A DNA stretch of 64,000 nt from Octopus bimaculoides (Eukaryota). This document shows positions 1 through 13,219 of the stretch, one piece after another; within the stretch, counting starts at the first letter, position 1, and every line of letters begins with the position of its first letter. Location of the stretch: the NCBI RefSeq assembly GCF_001194135.2, contig NC_069000.1, positions 21,902,997 to 21,966,996 of the forward strand, in the 5' to 3' direction. The position numbers were made by a program, and so were the translations under genes. Under the pieces are notes generated by a model that was given only the letters and a program-made list of their open reading frames with translations, did no database searches and was not told the origin of the DNA.

Positions 1-676
1 AGTGTAGCATCAGTCTTAGTAAGAATAATAGGAAGAGACCACCGGTTGTGTGTAGCATATTGCTGTGTGAATCACTGTCAAGCAACCAAATGTCCTTTTT
101 TCATAGATGTACTGTAGGATGTTAGTATATGTGTAACAGCAGTAATGCCATCCTAGATACATAAGCAGGATTCTGATATTGTTGTTCCCACATGAATGTT
201 GTAAAGTTGGCAGCTGGTCACAGATGAAATATTTCCTGGACTTTGTTAGTTGCTTTGTGTGCATTAATTATACATTAAGTGTATTGATATTGTTAATGTG
301 CTTAACATACCGAGGGCATTGACCTTGTTGATGCAGCAATGCAGTGATCTTGGTGGTGCAACAGTGCAGTGATTTTAGTTGATATTGAGGTTTTGGTTGG
401 TGTAATGACCTTGTCTCTTCAGTGAGTTAGTATTTCTGATAAGCTATGATCCTTTTTCGTCCATACTCTGATTGACCCCCTGTTCAGTGTTTCCCTTCTA
501 TGTCCTACAAAATATGAAAGTGCAACAACCTCAGGAGCAGTAATAACAACAACAATACAATAGCACCACCACTAACATCAACAATAGTGCTAGTAACAAT
601 AATAGTTACAAGGATAACAATTTTAGAAATAATACATTTCTAAATCTCTGACAGATTTATGCAGTAGTGATACGAC

Positions 677-838
677 GAAGTAGTTATATGATGTCAACTT
701 AATGTGACAGTCCCCTGAAGGGAATAATGCTATTGTTGGTTAGACCTAGGAAGCGGTGCAGCTTCCTAGGTCTAACCAACAGTAGTATTATTCCCTTCAG
801 GGGACTGTCACATTAAGTTGACAGCATACAACTACTTC
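677..838. mobile_element. Palindromic MITE-like foldback element, short (internally deleted) form
   Basis: 78-bp inverted arms (GAAGTAGTT...GGAAGC / GCTTCC...AACTACTTC, 4 mismatches) around a 6-nt loop; same family as 26307-26578. Confidence 0.75.
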
Positions 839-859
839 AAGGATAACAATATTCATGAT

Positions 860-1072
860 AATTCTTTCTGATTTTAACACAAGGCCAGCAATTTTAAGAG
901 GAGGAGTCAGTTGGTTACATTGACCCTTGGGTTCATCTTGTACTTATTTTATCAACCCTAAAAGGATGAAAGTCAAAGTCAACCTCAGTGGAATTTGAAC
1001 CTAGAATGTAAAAACGGATGAAATGCCAAAGAGTATTTTGTCCAGTGTGCTAATGATTCTGCCAGCTCACCC
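860..1072 (-). mobile_element. tRNA-head SINE, family A
   Basis: Reverse complement of GAGCTGGCAGAATC...GTTC-AAATTCC...TTTCATCC...AAGTAC; many copies in the window. Confidence 0.8.
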
Positions 1073-1340
1073 CCTTTCAACAAGCATAGTAATAACACCA
1101 CCACTAAAATAATAGCACCGATAACAACAAACCACAAATAACAATAACACAAGCTACTAAAAATAGCATTCAAATTTGTCTCAAATCATACTCTACTTTC
1201 CTAGAAAAGAGACATGTTATATAATGTGCTTCTGTGTTTCCTGTACATAAGAGATGATGGTCATGGCTGGAGTTTCTTTACAACAATACCAGTGATGTCT
1301 ATAAAAACATTAATTACAATTATGCAATTGCATCAATGCT

Positions 1341-1755
1341 AATAATAATAATAATAACACCAGGTAGCTAATTAGTGATCCTCTATAAAATCACTTAATC
1401 TGCTAAAAATAGCAACCAAATTCCCCCCTCCCAACAAAACCCACATTCTATTAGCTTAAAAGATGAAGGGCACATTGGATAATAATAATAACAACACCAG
1501 GTAGCTAATTAGTGATCCTCTATAAAATCATTTAATTTGCTAAAAATAGCAACCAAATTCCCCCCTCCCAACAAAACCCACATTCTATTATCTTAAAAGA
1601 TGAAGGGCACATTGGATAATAATAATAACAACACCAGGTAGCTAATTAGTGATCCTCTATAAAATCATTTAATTTGCTAAAAATAGCAACCAAATTCCCC
1701 CCTCCCAACAAAACCCACATTCTATTATCTTAAAAGATGAAGGGCACATTGGATA
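1341..1755 (+). repeat. Tandem triplication of a 137-bp unit derived from an interspersed repeat (family D)
   Basis: CAGGTAGCTAATTAGTG starts at 1361, 1498 and 1635; copies nearly identical. Confidence 0.95.
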
Positions 1756-2269
1756 ATGTAGCCCAGGATGCATACTGAAAAGAGATATTCATAGACATAG
1801 ATGGAACATCTTTGATTATAAATAAGGCTTCTCAATGGAATCTGACCTGGGGTTAAACAACAACACTAACATTTGAAGAACAGCAATATATGACCACAGC
1901 AACAAGTTGAAGAAACTACTTTATTATTAAATGTCAACAACAACAACAATATTTGACAGCTGCAGAACGCATAATTGGAAATGCTGCAAAGAAGTGCAAG
2001 AAGGACACAATAGAAAAAAAAAGACTGCAATTAGGTGCAATATTGGCAACATCAGCAATACAGATTGTTGAATGCTGTTGTCTTTTTTTTTTTAGATATT
2101 GCAAGACAAGCCAAGAACTTCTTCCAAGAACACCACCAAAATTTGTACAACAGGAACAATTGCCAAGATGTTGACGACCTCCCTCTCATAGTGATGGCAC
2201 CTCTTTTGTCTAATTGTATTTTGTTTTCTTATATATATATATCTTTTTATCAGTGTGTTGGCTTTTATG

Positions 2270-2480
2270 TCTGCCTGTAAGCCTGCTTGCCCATCTGGCA
2301 GTCTGTTTACCTCTCAGTTTTTCCATCTGTCTATCTGCCTGAGATTAACCCTCTCAGTCTGCTTGCCTGTCTGACAGCCTGTTTACCCATCTGCTAGCTA
2401 GTTTCCCTGTCTGACAACTAGTTCACCTACCTCTCACTTAGTTTACCCACCTGACTAGTTTATTTCCCATCTGTTAGCAT
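2270..2480. repeat. Decayed ~20-bp minisatellite
   Basis: Recurring GTTTACCCATCTG / CTGTCTGAC variants. Confidence 0.5.
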
Positions 2481-2484
2481 CTTT

Positions 2485-2862
2485 TGTCTTTTATCAATAA
2501 CTTGTTTCAGTCATTAGGCTACGACCAATCTGGGGCACTGCCTTGAAGAATTTTAGTCGAATGAATTGACCCCAATACTATTTTTTAAGCCTTGTACTTA
2601 TTTTATCAGTCTCTTTTGCTGAACTGCTAAGTTACAGGAATGTAAACACACCAACACCAGTTGTCAAGTAGTGGCGGGGGACAGACACACACGCACGCAT
2701 GATGGGCTTTTTTTTAGTTTCCATCTACCAAATCCACTCACAAAGCTTTAGTCGGACTGAGGCTATATTAGAAGACACCTGCCTAAGGTGCCATGCAGTG
2801 GGTATGAACCCAGAACCATGTAATTTTGAAGCAAACTTCTTACCACACAGCCACTCTTGTGC
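2485..2862 (-). mobile_element. tRNA-head SINE, family B
   Basis: Head TGGCTGTGTGGTAAG...GGTTC, CA hinge, 3' module ending GACTGAAACAAGT (all reverse complement). Confidence 0.85.
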
Positions 2863-4289
2863 CTATAGATTTTCCTCTTTCTATCTTACATGCCAGATCT
2901 TACAATCTCTGATCACCTTTCATGGCAACCTCACATAATGTAAATGGATCCTCTGTTCATTTCAAGAATGAGTATTCCAGCTGTTCAGTCAACTGAACTT
3001 CCCACTCAGAGTAAAGTGCAAATGGCTGAATATCCTATAGATATGTGTGTCCTTTACATAATTCTTAGACAGAATCAGTGTGATACAATGGCTGACAACT
3101 GTGTAATGCTGATTCGACTTAAGGATCTCATTCAAGGTAGAAATATCTGTGGAACTGGCAGCCATTTACATTGTAATTTAAATGAGTGTGCAGTTTTCCA
3201 TTGATCAAATGAATGGAATATTCACCCAGTAATGGTACAAGATCAAGGAAAGATGAGTGAAGGATAGAGAATATTAAAGAATTTTAAATATAGAGAATAT
3301 AATTATGGTATTGTTTTTAATTCCATAGTTACTGTTGTTTCATTACATGGGAAATATGTTTTATGAACATAAATATTAATAATAATTTCAATATAAGGAA
3401 TTCATAATATAATAATATATACTTGACTTGGAATTTTAACTGGTATGTATGGTTTTCATACTCAATTTGTCCCTCAAGCCTTCCCCATCTTCTCATCTCC
3501 CTATAATTCATTCCTTTATCACTCTTCAGCTGCATTATTCTGCTATTGAAATTGAGTGAGTGCATTAATGCATATTTCATTCTGTTTCTGTGCTACCAGT
3601 CATCTCTCTCTCTCCCCTGAACTACATTGTATTGACACTCATTCTTATCACCATCTAGTATTTACCATCAACCACTATTCACTATATTTATCACCCCAAC
3701 ATGCCTCTGACCACTTTCACCCTTGCCAACTAAACATATTGCATTTTCTTTCCTCTCACACACAATCTTACAACTTTTACCCACCTGCACCCATCCATCA
3801 TCTCCCTCTCTCATACTCTTACTCTACAATTATATTATTGTTCTGCTGCTCTTCACTTTTCTGCACTGCCATCCATCACCTTCTCACCCTTGATGCACTT
3901 TTATATCTCATCACCTTTCCCTTAACTTGCCTACATCCATATTAGCTATGCACTACATTCACGTCTCTCCTCACCTGCCAAATTTCTAACTCTCTCACCT
4001 GTGAACTTCACTACCCACCTTCCTTGATCTTCTATCTCTTCTCTCTCTTCGTCACATTCTTGTACCATAAGAGTATGCTGTGACACCTCATCACTATCAT
4101 CTTTATCTGTGTACCAAGTTCACCCCAATTACTACCACTCATGCATATAAGCATGAATGGTCTCTCCTTTCCAGCAAGAAACTGCTCCTGTCCTTCTCTT
4201 GTATCATAATCTGTCAATGCTTGGCATAAAACCACCCTTGTCTCTTCTATACTCAGTCAAAAGGGCTTGGTTCTACAATACACACCCAG

Positions 4290-4450
4290 TACACTCTGCA
4301 AAGTAGTTGTTGTTAAGAAGGTCATCCAGCTATAGAAACCATACTAAAGCAAACACTGAAGTTCAATACAGACCTCCAATTAGATATTGTCAAACCATCC
4401 AGTCTATGCCAATATAAAAGACAGATTTCAAATGATGATGATGATGATGA
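4290..4450 (+). mobile_element. RTE LINE 3' tail
   Basis: AAGGTCATCCAGCTATAGAAACC...CCATCCAGTCTATGCC followed by (GAT)n. Confidence 0.65.
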
Positions 4451-4821
4451 TATTCATATGTATATATCATTTCACCTATGCCCTGATCCCTGTTCCTTGT
4501 GAGTGTACCCTCACACTTATCACCATCCCTCTCCTGCTCTTGCTGTTTCCTACTTTCTCTCTCTCTCTCTCTCTCTCCCCCTCTTTCTCTCTCTCTCTCC
4601 CCTCTGGCTGAGTAATCACGTATCTCCTCTTCAGCAACAAACCTGTTTCGGCCCTCATCCTTGATCACTTTCTCTCCTTCCTTCTCTTGCTCTTACCTCT
4701 GGCTAGGTAACCATGTATCTCCTTTAGAGCATCACTCTTTTTTTCTTAACTCCTCCTCTCTCTCTAGGTAACCATGTCCCTCCTCTTCAGCAGCACACCT
4801 CTTTCTGCTCTCATTCTTGAT

Positions 4822-5013
<192 letters not shown>

Positions 5014-5019
5014 CATAAC

Positions 5020-5455
5020 CATGTGCAGGAACATCTGTTTCTGTTTTGCTGTCATACTCTAAACCTTCCATCATGTGATACAAGATCACCTCCTCCAATG
5101 CCCCTTCCCCTTTCAAAGATTCCTTGTCTTGCAAAGTTACTTTAAGTGGCACCTGCCAGTGCAGGTGCCCCTTAAAAAGCACCCAGTCTACACTGTAAAG
5201 TGGCTGGCATTTGGAAGCCTATCCAGCTGTAAAAACCATGCCAAAACTGACCTTGCCTCTGTGAGTGCCATGTAAAAAGCACTCAGCCCACTTTACGAAG
5301 TGGTTGGTGTTAGGAAGGGCATCCAGCCATAAAAAACCTTGCCAAAACAGACACAGAAGCATGGCGTAGGCTCCTGCCTGGCCAGCTCCTATTAAACCAT
5401 CCAACCCATGCCAACATGGAAGGAGGACGTTAAACAATGATGATGATGATGATGA
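5020..5455 (+). mobile_element. RTE 3' UTR/tail (two tail-like segments) with (GAT)n end
   Basis: GGAAGGGCATCCAGC...CCAACCCATGCCAACATGGAAGGAGGACGTTAAACAATGATGATG. Confidence 0.75.
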
Positions 5456-5880
5456 TATATATATATATATATACATACATGCACACTCATCAATATGTGC
5501 ACCCATTCATCATTCATCTGTGATTCATGTTTGTTTATATGTATAAATATATATACATATATAAACATACACCCATATATGTATAGTTGTGGGTATACAT
5601 GTATGTGTGTCTCCACATGTACATACATTTACAATGATACTTACGCTTATCCATTGTACTGTTGGTTTGTATTCAGCAAAAACAAAAATAAATTGTGCTC
5701 TGTACTGAGAATAGCAGATGTTAGTTATAGGGAGATTTAAATTACCATGTCTAGACATTGCAACAAGTTGTTCTATACACAAGATGTTTTATATAATTTA
5801 TACACCCTAATGCAATGGTATTTGCTTCATTTATTGTTTCGTTTCTTTGTTTTTTTGTTTTTTTTATCATTTTAATGCAG

Positions 5881-5909
5881 CAAACTCACAGAACTAACTG
5901 CTTTGGGAG
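5881..5909 (+). CDS. Candidate 29-nt microexon, product unknown
   Basis: Long T tract ending TGCAG at 5880, donor GTGAGG at 5910; two frames open (KLTELTALG or QTHRTNCFG). Confidence 0.22.
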
Positions 5910-6837
5910 GTGAGGTTTAAGGCAATGAACAACTGACTGCAAGATTATCAATTCAAACAGTCCTACAGCTGTTGTATTTTACCTCCACTCCCAAATAACT
6001 TGTGCAGTACATTTGTATAGTACTTGGTCCCTGTGTGTGAGATTTGGGTTTAAGGTGAGAAATTACGAATCATGAATTAATCAGTTCAATCTGTGCTTAG
6101 GACATTGTTTTTTGGTGGCTTTTTGTTTTTTATTACTGCTGCCACTTCAATACAAAACAGAGCACATTTATACTATTGCATCTTAGCCATTGGTCCTGCT
6201 TTGTGAGAGTTGAATCTATTATACACAACTTGAAGATTAATCATGAGTGGGTAGAGGCAAACCTTCACTTGCCAACAAGAGAACCTCTACATGTCTGCTT
6301 GATCTGCTAGAAGAAGAAGTCTATTTTCCCCCTTAAATAATACACCACCACTGTCTTTAAAAAAAAAAAAGGTGGGGTACATTGGATGGTATTGTGTAGT
6401 TCTGAAAACACTATAAATATAATGATATAGTTATGGCTGAACTGATTTGAAGCTAAACAATAACAACAGTAACATCTACTTCAATTAACTCACTGATACA
6501 CGGATATACTATGCGTCCTCTCAGTTTTCTCTATTACTTTTACAATACTCTCTGCTAATTTACATTTTCCAAATATTTTACCCCAGCCGGATTAGAAGAA
6601 TCTTCTCCAACACAACGTCTTGCCATTTGTTGCAGTCATTTGTCATCACCATTGTAATATTCAGCTTCCTGTGACCATCACTCACCACTTCTTCCCATGC
6701 CGCCTTTGGTCAGTTTCAACACAGTGACTTTCCAATTTCCGTGTTTTTTCATCATTTCCTTTGTATGTTTCAGCTCTTGTCACTTCCTCTAACATCTTCA
6801 GTCTTCACCTTCTGCAGACTCGTTCTACTTGTATTGG

Positions 6838-7390
6838 TAATAACCCTTTCTACTATAGACCTGAAATTTTAGGGGAGGTGTCTAGTTCATTATGTCAACT
6901 CCAGTGCTCAACTGGTTCATATTTTATCTACCCTGAATGAATGAATGAAGGGTAAAGTTGATCTCAGTGAAGTTTGAACTCAGAACATAAAGCTAAGAGA
7001 AATGTCACTAGGCATTTTGTCTGCTGTGCTAATGATCTGCCTTCTCATTGCCTTGCATCATTAATAATAATAATGATTTCTGAAATAACCACGAGGCCAT
7101 ACATCTTATTGGGAGGGATTCCAGTACATAACTGGCACTTATTTCATTGATTCCCATAAGAATGAAAGATAAAGATGATCCCAGCAGAAATTTAATGCAG
7201 AACTTAAAGAAATTTAACTAAATATCACTGTGCATTTTGTCTGCCTTGCTACTGAATCTACCAATACAACACCCTGTTCTTCCAGGTTCATCAAAATAAA
7301 GTACCAGTCATATACTGAGGTTGGTATAATTGACTTAAACCTTCCCCAAAATTTGAGGCCTTGTGCCTTTGTTAGGAATCAATAGTAATA
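6838..7390. mobile_element. Cluster of family A SINEs (two minus, one plus 3' half)
   Basis: Repeated GGTAC/GGCACTT-ATTT-TCA...GAATGAA-G...GAACTCAGAAC blocks. Confidence 0.75.
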
Positions 7391-7959
7391 ACAACAAAAC
7401 AAAGCCCACTACAAAGTAATATGTACCAAGTAACATTTTGTCCAGTGCACTAATATGTACCAAAGTAATATGGACCAAGTGATGCAGTGTTCTGAGCAGA
7501 GAACTTCATTTCATGTTGCTTCCCATCCAGGGAGGAATATATATGTCAGAAAAACTGGGAAATGGGCCCTGTGCTCTTTATGGAGTAATGAGGGCTAACC
7601 ACATTATTATAGAGTAGAATTTGATAAAAAATACATGTAACAGAATTGGATATCTGAGTATCCTATCACTTGTTGTTCACGAACTGCCAAAGACTTAATT
7701 GCATGGATTTGTGTTCCAGTCATGCCCATCTAACGTGTAGGGGCTTTCTCTCATTGTCTTGTATCATAACCGCTTATGTAGGCACTAATGAAGATTGATA
7801 TAACTGAGCATGAAAGTAGTATATCTGATAACTGTATATCTACATTCTAAGAGACAACATATATCATAGTCTTTGATAACATTATATCATAGTTATTATT
7901 TTGTTGCAGGTCAGTGTTTGTTGTGTAGACCCTTGATCAAAGGCATTTCAATGTTTTTG

Positions 7960-8225
7960 TATCATTATGGATATGTAATTATAGAATCGCAGAAAAGAAT
8001 CATAAGACAGATTCTTCATGCTAAGCCAACTGGCAGAAGATCTAGGGATAGACCAAGAACAGGATGGTTGGATAATATCCAAAGCCTCAGTTGGTCATGA
8101 TTGGGAATCCAGCTGGAAAGTCTAATGATAGTTGTGTCTGATAGGACACTTATGGAGGATATGATTAGTGACTCTACCCCCATGAGCTACCCAAGAATAG
8201 CAGGCAGGGAAGATGGATGGATAGA
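7960..8225 (+). mobile_element. RTE-clade LINE C-terminal fragment
   Basis: RIIRQILHAKPTGRRSRDRPRTGWLDNI matches the RTE C-terminal GRP-x-x-RW motif. Confidence 0.7.
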
Positions 8226-8249
8226 TATATCAAATATGTCCTTAGTTTA

Positions 8250-8625
8250 AGGTGGTGAACTGACATACTTGTAAGCATGTCAGGCAAAATACTTAGCAGC
8301 ATTTCATCCGTCTTTATGTTCTGAGTTCAAATTCTGTCGAGGTTGAATTTGCCTTTCGTCTTTTCAGGGTTGAGAAAACAAGTACCAGTTGAGCATTGGA
8401 GTTGATGTAATCAACTTACTTCTTCTTCAGAAATTGCTAGACTTGTGCCAAAATTTGCAATCAAATTTGAAATCAACATGCCCTTAGTTTGTTGAGACAT
8501 TAGAAGAAATTGATTTTGCCTTTCATCCTTTCAGGGCTGATAAAATAAATACCAGCTGAGCTCTGGGGTCAATGTAATTGACTCCCCATTGAAATTGTTA
8601 ACCTTGTGCCAAAATTTGAAGCCGA
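8250..8625 (+). mobile_element. Two family A SINE copies head-to-tail
   Basis: GTTCTGAGTTCAAATTC...TTTGCCTTTC...GTACCAG...CCTTGTGCCAAAATTTG, 3' part repeated. Confidence 0.8.
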
Positions 8626-8709
8626 TATAATTTTGTAGTTTGTTGGAATTCACTTGCTATAAAATATGTCCCAGCTAGTTTGCATACCTTTGCTTATTTT
8701 TTCATTCAG

Positions 8710-8833
8710 CTGCCTGTTAGAGAAAAAAATAAACAAAAAACGTTTTACTTAAAAGAAGGAAAAAAAGAAGCATGCAAATATTTAAAAAACCCAACTGACA
8801 AAGTTCCATATGATTTGTACAACTTTGCAATAG
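8710..8833 (+). CDS. Candidate internal exon, phase 0 to 1, product unknown
   Basis: Acceptor TTATTTTTTCATTCAG, donor G/GTATTT; only one frame open: LPVREKNKQKTFYLKEGKKEACKYLKNPTDKVPYDLYNFAI. Confidence 0.33.
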
Positions 8834-8858
8834 GTATTTGTTATATATATATATATAT

Positions 8859-8998
8859 NNNNNNNNNNNNNNNNNNNNNNNNNNNNNNNNNNNNNNNNNN
8901 NNNNNNNNNNNNNNNNNNNNNNNNNNNNNNNNNNNNNNNNNNNNNNNNNNNNNNNNNNNNNNNNNNNNNNNNNNNNNNNNNNNNNNNNNNNNNNNNNN
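8859..8998. other. Assembly gap next to (TA)n
   Basis: N run. Confidence 1.
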
Positions 8999-9113
8999 GT
9001 ATCTATCCAATATGCTTTTTGTCATTTTAGTTACAAAATAAATAAATTAATTCAATGGAATACACTGTCTGCAAGTCGATGGATACCGCATATTCTCCTC
9101 CATTTTCTTATTG

Positions 9114-9144
<31 letters not shown>

Positions 9145-9148
<4 letters not shown>

Positions 9149-9480
9149 CATCTTCATCATTTAACATCTGTTTTCTATACTAGCATGGGTTAAATGGTTT
9201 GATAGAAGTTGGCCAGCTGAAGAGATTCCCAGGCTCCATGTCTGTTTTGGAGTGGTTTCTACAGCTGAATGTCCTTCTTAATGCCAACAACTTTACATAG
9301 TGTACTGGATGCTTTTACACTGCACTGGCATGGTGCTTTTATGCACCACTGGCACCGGTGCTTTTTACATAGCACCAGTACCCACAAGCCTCCAAGATTA
9401 GGATCATTCAGCTGAAAAGGGATGTAGGGGACATGCATTTATGCAAGAACAGCCATGTTTTTACTTATCTTGACGTGACC
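9145..9480 (-). mobile_element. RTE 3' tail and UTR
   Basis: CATCATTTAACATCTGTTTTCTATACTAGCATGGGTT...TTTCTACAGCTG. Confidence 0.75.
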
Positions 9481-11199
9481 TACGAATGTGTGTATAATGT
9501 CTGGCTATGGGGAAAATATTACTTTGCTTGGAAACATGTATGGTTTGGCAGCAGGAATAGGCAAAATTCACTTCAGTAAACTCTCCAACCCATGCAAGTA
9601 TGGGAAAGTGAACATCAGAGATTTTCATGGGTTGCTCATGGGTTGCTCATCGGTTGCTCATGACTACTCTACCATATTAAAAAAAAGAAGAAAGAAAGGA
9701 CATGATTCTGGGAATCAGGCAAGTAGGCCATGGTTGAAACATCTTTGATCGTAGGTTTACTCAGTCTCCCAATCTGAGCTAAACAGCGTTCTTATATTAT
9801 TATAATTTTTTTTTTTAACCACCAAAGCTAGTTTTTTGGTGTGAATAAATGCTACAACAGTAAAAGGTTTTAGTGGAATATGCATTTAACTTTGGAAGGA
9901 TTAAAAAAAAACAAAAAAAAACTAATAAGTTCAAGAATTTCTATCAAAAATTGTTTGAAGAAAAGAAATTTAAAAGAAATAATCATGAGTGTCTTTTGTC
10001 AATTTAGATTCCTGTCTTTCTCTTTCGCTAGTCATTTTTGACGAGTAAGCCCCTTGTATAAAAATAACGAACAACAACGTTGTCAGCCATGTATGTTCCA
10101 TAATTCCCATTAATTTCTTTTTTATTGTTGGTTATTTGATTCCATCTCAAGAATAAACTATGCAAGATTCATTGATTTTTCATTATTGTTGTTGTTGTCT
10201 AGCTATAACATTTAGTACTGAAGTATTGCCTAGCGGTGCCATCTTCATGCAGCAGACAATATCTCAATAACAGTCAGTAGTGCTGTCTGCTGCACTGAAC
10301 TAACAATATGCTGCACATATATGTGTATGTGTGTATAGTATAGTGTGTGTGTCTGTGTGTGTGTGTGTGTGTGTGTGTTTCTCTGCAGACATAGATCAGC
10401 TTAGTGTGTGTGTGTGTGTGTAGTTTAAAGTTAAAACTGGCAGTGCAGGATTGTCTTGTTGATGCTTCTCCAGAACAGCGTAACCTCGTCACTTTAAGTC
10501 TATTTTCAAAATTGGCAAACTTTTCCTACATGCCAATAAGACTTTTTTTTTTAGTTGTCTGAACTAATAATTGTTAGTTTCTTCCCTACATTTTCTTGAT
10601 ATTGGCTCAACCTTTTCTCCTGTTATTGCAGAGAGAGAGAGAGAGACCGATCAAATTCATCTTAAGTAAAATACAGCATGGTAGTCATGTTTGGCATGAT
10701 AAGAGCCAGACAGTTGGCCAAAGGGTTGATATTTTTAAACCAGTAACTAGTCTTGTACTGTATTCTTTACAAAGGCTTCTAGCACTCAAGGAATGGTTTT
10801 TCTCGCTGTAAACCTGAAGATCATTGTCAGCACTATAAAATTGGTAGGGACTATTGGCGGCACTCTAAAATTGGCTCATAGAAAGTTAAAAACTTTTTTA
10901 AATGTTTTGTTTCTATGTCTGGAAGTTCATTCACAGTATTTTTAAAGCATTCTGTTTACATGTCCGTAATTTCTTCTATAAATTTTCCACAGATTCTGTT
11001 TTAAGGGCTAGTTCATCATCATATCGGACAGCCAATGTTAAACACCTCTGGAAGAACTATAATAAACAGGCAGGGGCTGAGAATTGAGCATTGCTGACCA
11101 CCTACCTGTACACTAAATTCCTTACTAAGCTCATTGCCAGCTCTACCATTGCTGACTGCATCTATTTACCTGGTTTGCACTGTTCTCACAAGCCATTCA

Positions 11200-11640
11200 T
11201 CTACACCTGGTTTTCTTAAGTACCATTAGACTGCTGATCATGATAACCCTGTGAAAGTTCTCCAGATCAACAAATGCTTGAAAGTCTTATTCTTGGTTAG
11301 GAACTTCTCTTGCAGTTGTCTCATTGGTCTTTATATCTTCCTCCTCAAATGTGTTATCTAGATTCATTCTTAATGTATATTTAGTACAAGGATATTTCAA
11401 TTTTCAATTTTCCTTCTCTAGAATCCTCTTTTATCTTGCAGTTTATTCAATTCTTATTCTTAAACCACTAATCACTACTAGCCTATGTTGGGTGGTACAT
11501 CCTTCACTCAGGGTAAGACTTGGTATTTAGCATCATTTGTCTATCCTGTTTCCTAGTGAGAATGAAGTCTAATTTGGCTTGTATGTTTACCTGATTGGAA
11601 GGTGATCAAGTGGCTGGTTGGTTTCCTAAAGTTCATGGTG
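11200..11640 (-). mobile_element. RTE AP-endonuclease/linker fragment, decayed
   Basis: Minus strand gives QxDFILTRKQDRQMMLNTKSYP...EGCTTQHRLVV, the RTE endonuclease C-terminal motif (with frameshifts). Confidence 0.7.
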
Positions 11641-12299
11641 CAGATGGTTTGTTCATTTGCATTACAACACACTTGGTTAATTTATGTTAGTTATTGTTTT
11701 AATTAAAAAAACAAATGTTTTTTTAGTGATTAGTTTCAAAATATTAATTTTTCATTACATAGAACTGAAAACACCTCCCCATATGAGGAGGTGCTGAAAA
11801 ATTGCTGACTGGGGGAAGGGGCAGGAAGATCAGTTAATTATGATTTTATTTAACATATTCTCCTCCTCAGATTCACACACTTACTGCAGGGGTCCTTCAG
11901 TTTTTCTAAGCCCTGCAAATGAACTCGCCTGGTTGAGTCTCCAACCAAGCCTTTCCTGATACCCTTAAAGCCAGGAACTTTTCAGAACCCCTTCGTAGTT
12001 CAACTTTGCAAAGATCAACACTACAGAAAACAATGCTGAAACATGCTGAACCTGTCTCAGAAAGGTAATGGAACTTTAGAAACTGAGCGATTTTGCATTA
12101 AAAAAAAAGGCAACATATCTTTTTTGCAGTGTAGATACTTTTGCTCTTTGGCATGAAGAGCACTGTCCAGTCTTCTTAGTTTGTAATGAATATTTGAGAA
12201 ATGGAATGGGAATGTTTAGTAAATCAAAATAATATCCTGATAATAGGTATGCTTTCTATGCTGGAAAATCTTTGTTAGTCTTTGAAAGATGACTTAAAT

Positions 12300-13100
12300 C
12301 TCCTAGAACATCTTTTTTTTTCTTTCTGAACATACATTGGTTCAAGAAAAAATATTTAACAGCATCATACCAAAATCTTAAGCTTACAAAAGCTAAGAAA
12401 CCATACATAATTAGCAAAGACTTGGGTTGCCGGCTGTTGATAGAATCAGACAAATTATTTATAGAAAGATTGATACAGATGAAATAAGAAAAAAATTTCA
12501 CTGTCAGGTGATACAGTATGTAAAAGATTTGCAGAAATTAGCAATAATCACTTTGTGCAACTTACTGAAATAATTAAAGGAAGTACTAAATTTGTGATTC
12601 AGTTGGACTGACATTACAGATGTCACTCAGGTATTAGTGTTTGTTACAGATTTGTATTAACACAGGAGGATTTACTGTTTTGCCAATCATTAGATAGATA
12701 TACGACAGGTGAAGATGTGGGTACATTGATGCTACAACAATGACAAGAGAAAAAACATAGCATAACATCTACAGAAAGTGCACTTACTATAGTCACTCAT
12801 TGCATGATACATTGAGAAGATGTAGTGGTTTTTAAAAAATGTTCATTTCTCTGGAGCTAAGCATTATGCATTGAATAGATGTTCTCACCAATCTGTGCCA
12901 GGATATGTGATCTAAGTTCTGCAGACGTTTACAATATACCGAAGTGTGGTAGCTGTCAAAGTGATAAGTTTTGAGACATGTAAACTTTAAAAAAAAGATG
13001 TAATGTCTTTATGAGAAAAAAAGTCAAATCTTGCAGAATTCTTCATGGTGAGAAATGCCTTTAGAAATTTTACTATTTGACAGATGTATTTGAGAAGCCT
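12300..13100 (+). mobile_element. hAT (Charlie/SPIN-like) transposase relic
   Basis: LTASYQ...KAKKPY, ISLSGDTVCKRF, KFVIQLD, EDLLFCQSL...TTGEDV, HCMIH motifs with stops and frameshifts. Confidence 0.8.
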
Positions 13101-13219
13101 AATGAACTTAGTCACTTCTCTCTCTCTCTCTTCTCTCACTCATCTCTCTCCCTTTAAGAGAACAAAGATTGTCACTTTGAAAGTAAAAAAAAAAAAAGCA
13201 TTTATAAAAAGATACTTAT

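Noticed and set aside
6480-6830. Complex non-repetitive-looking stretch, possibly a TE fragment or exon
   Set aside because: All minus-strand frames I read are short and no motif was recognised
8790-8833. YDLYNFAI resembling a recalled axonemal dynein heavy-chain N-terminal motif (YDxYNL)
   Set aside because: Too short, recalled from memory, and no other dynein-like exon was found
10596-11087. ORFs and partial frames in unique DNA at 10.6-11.1 kb
   Set aside because: No family recognised, frames are interrupted, and one starts in a (GA)n run
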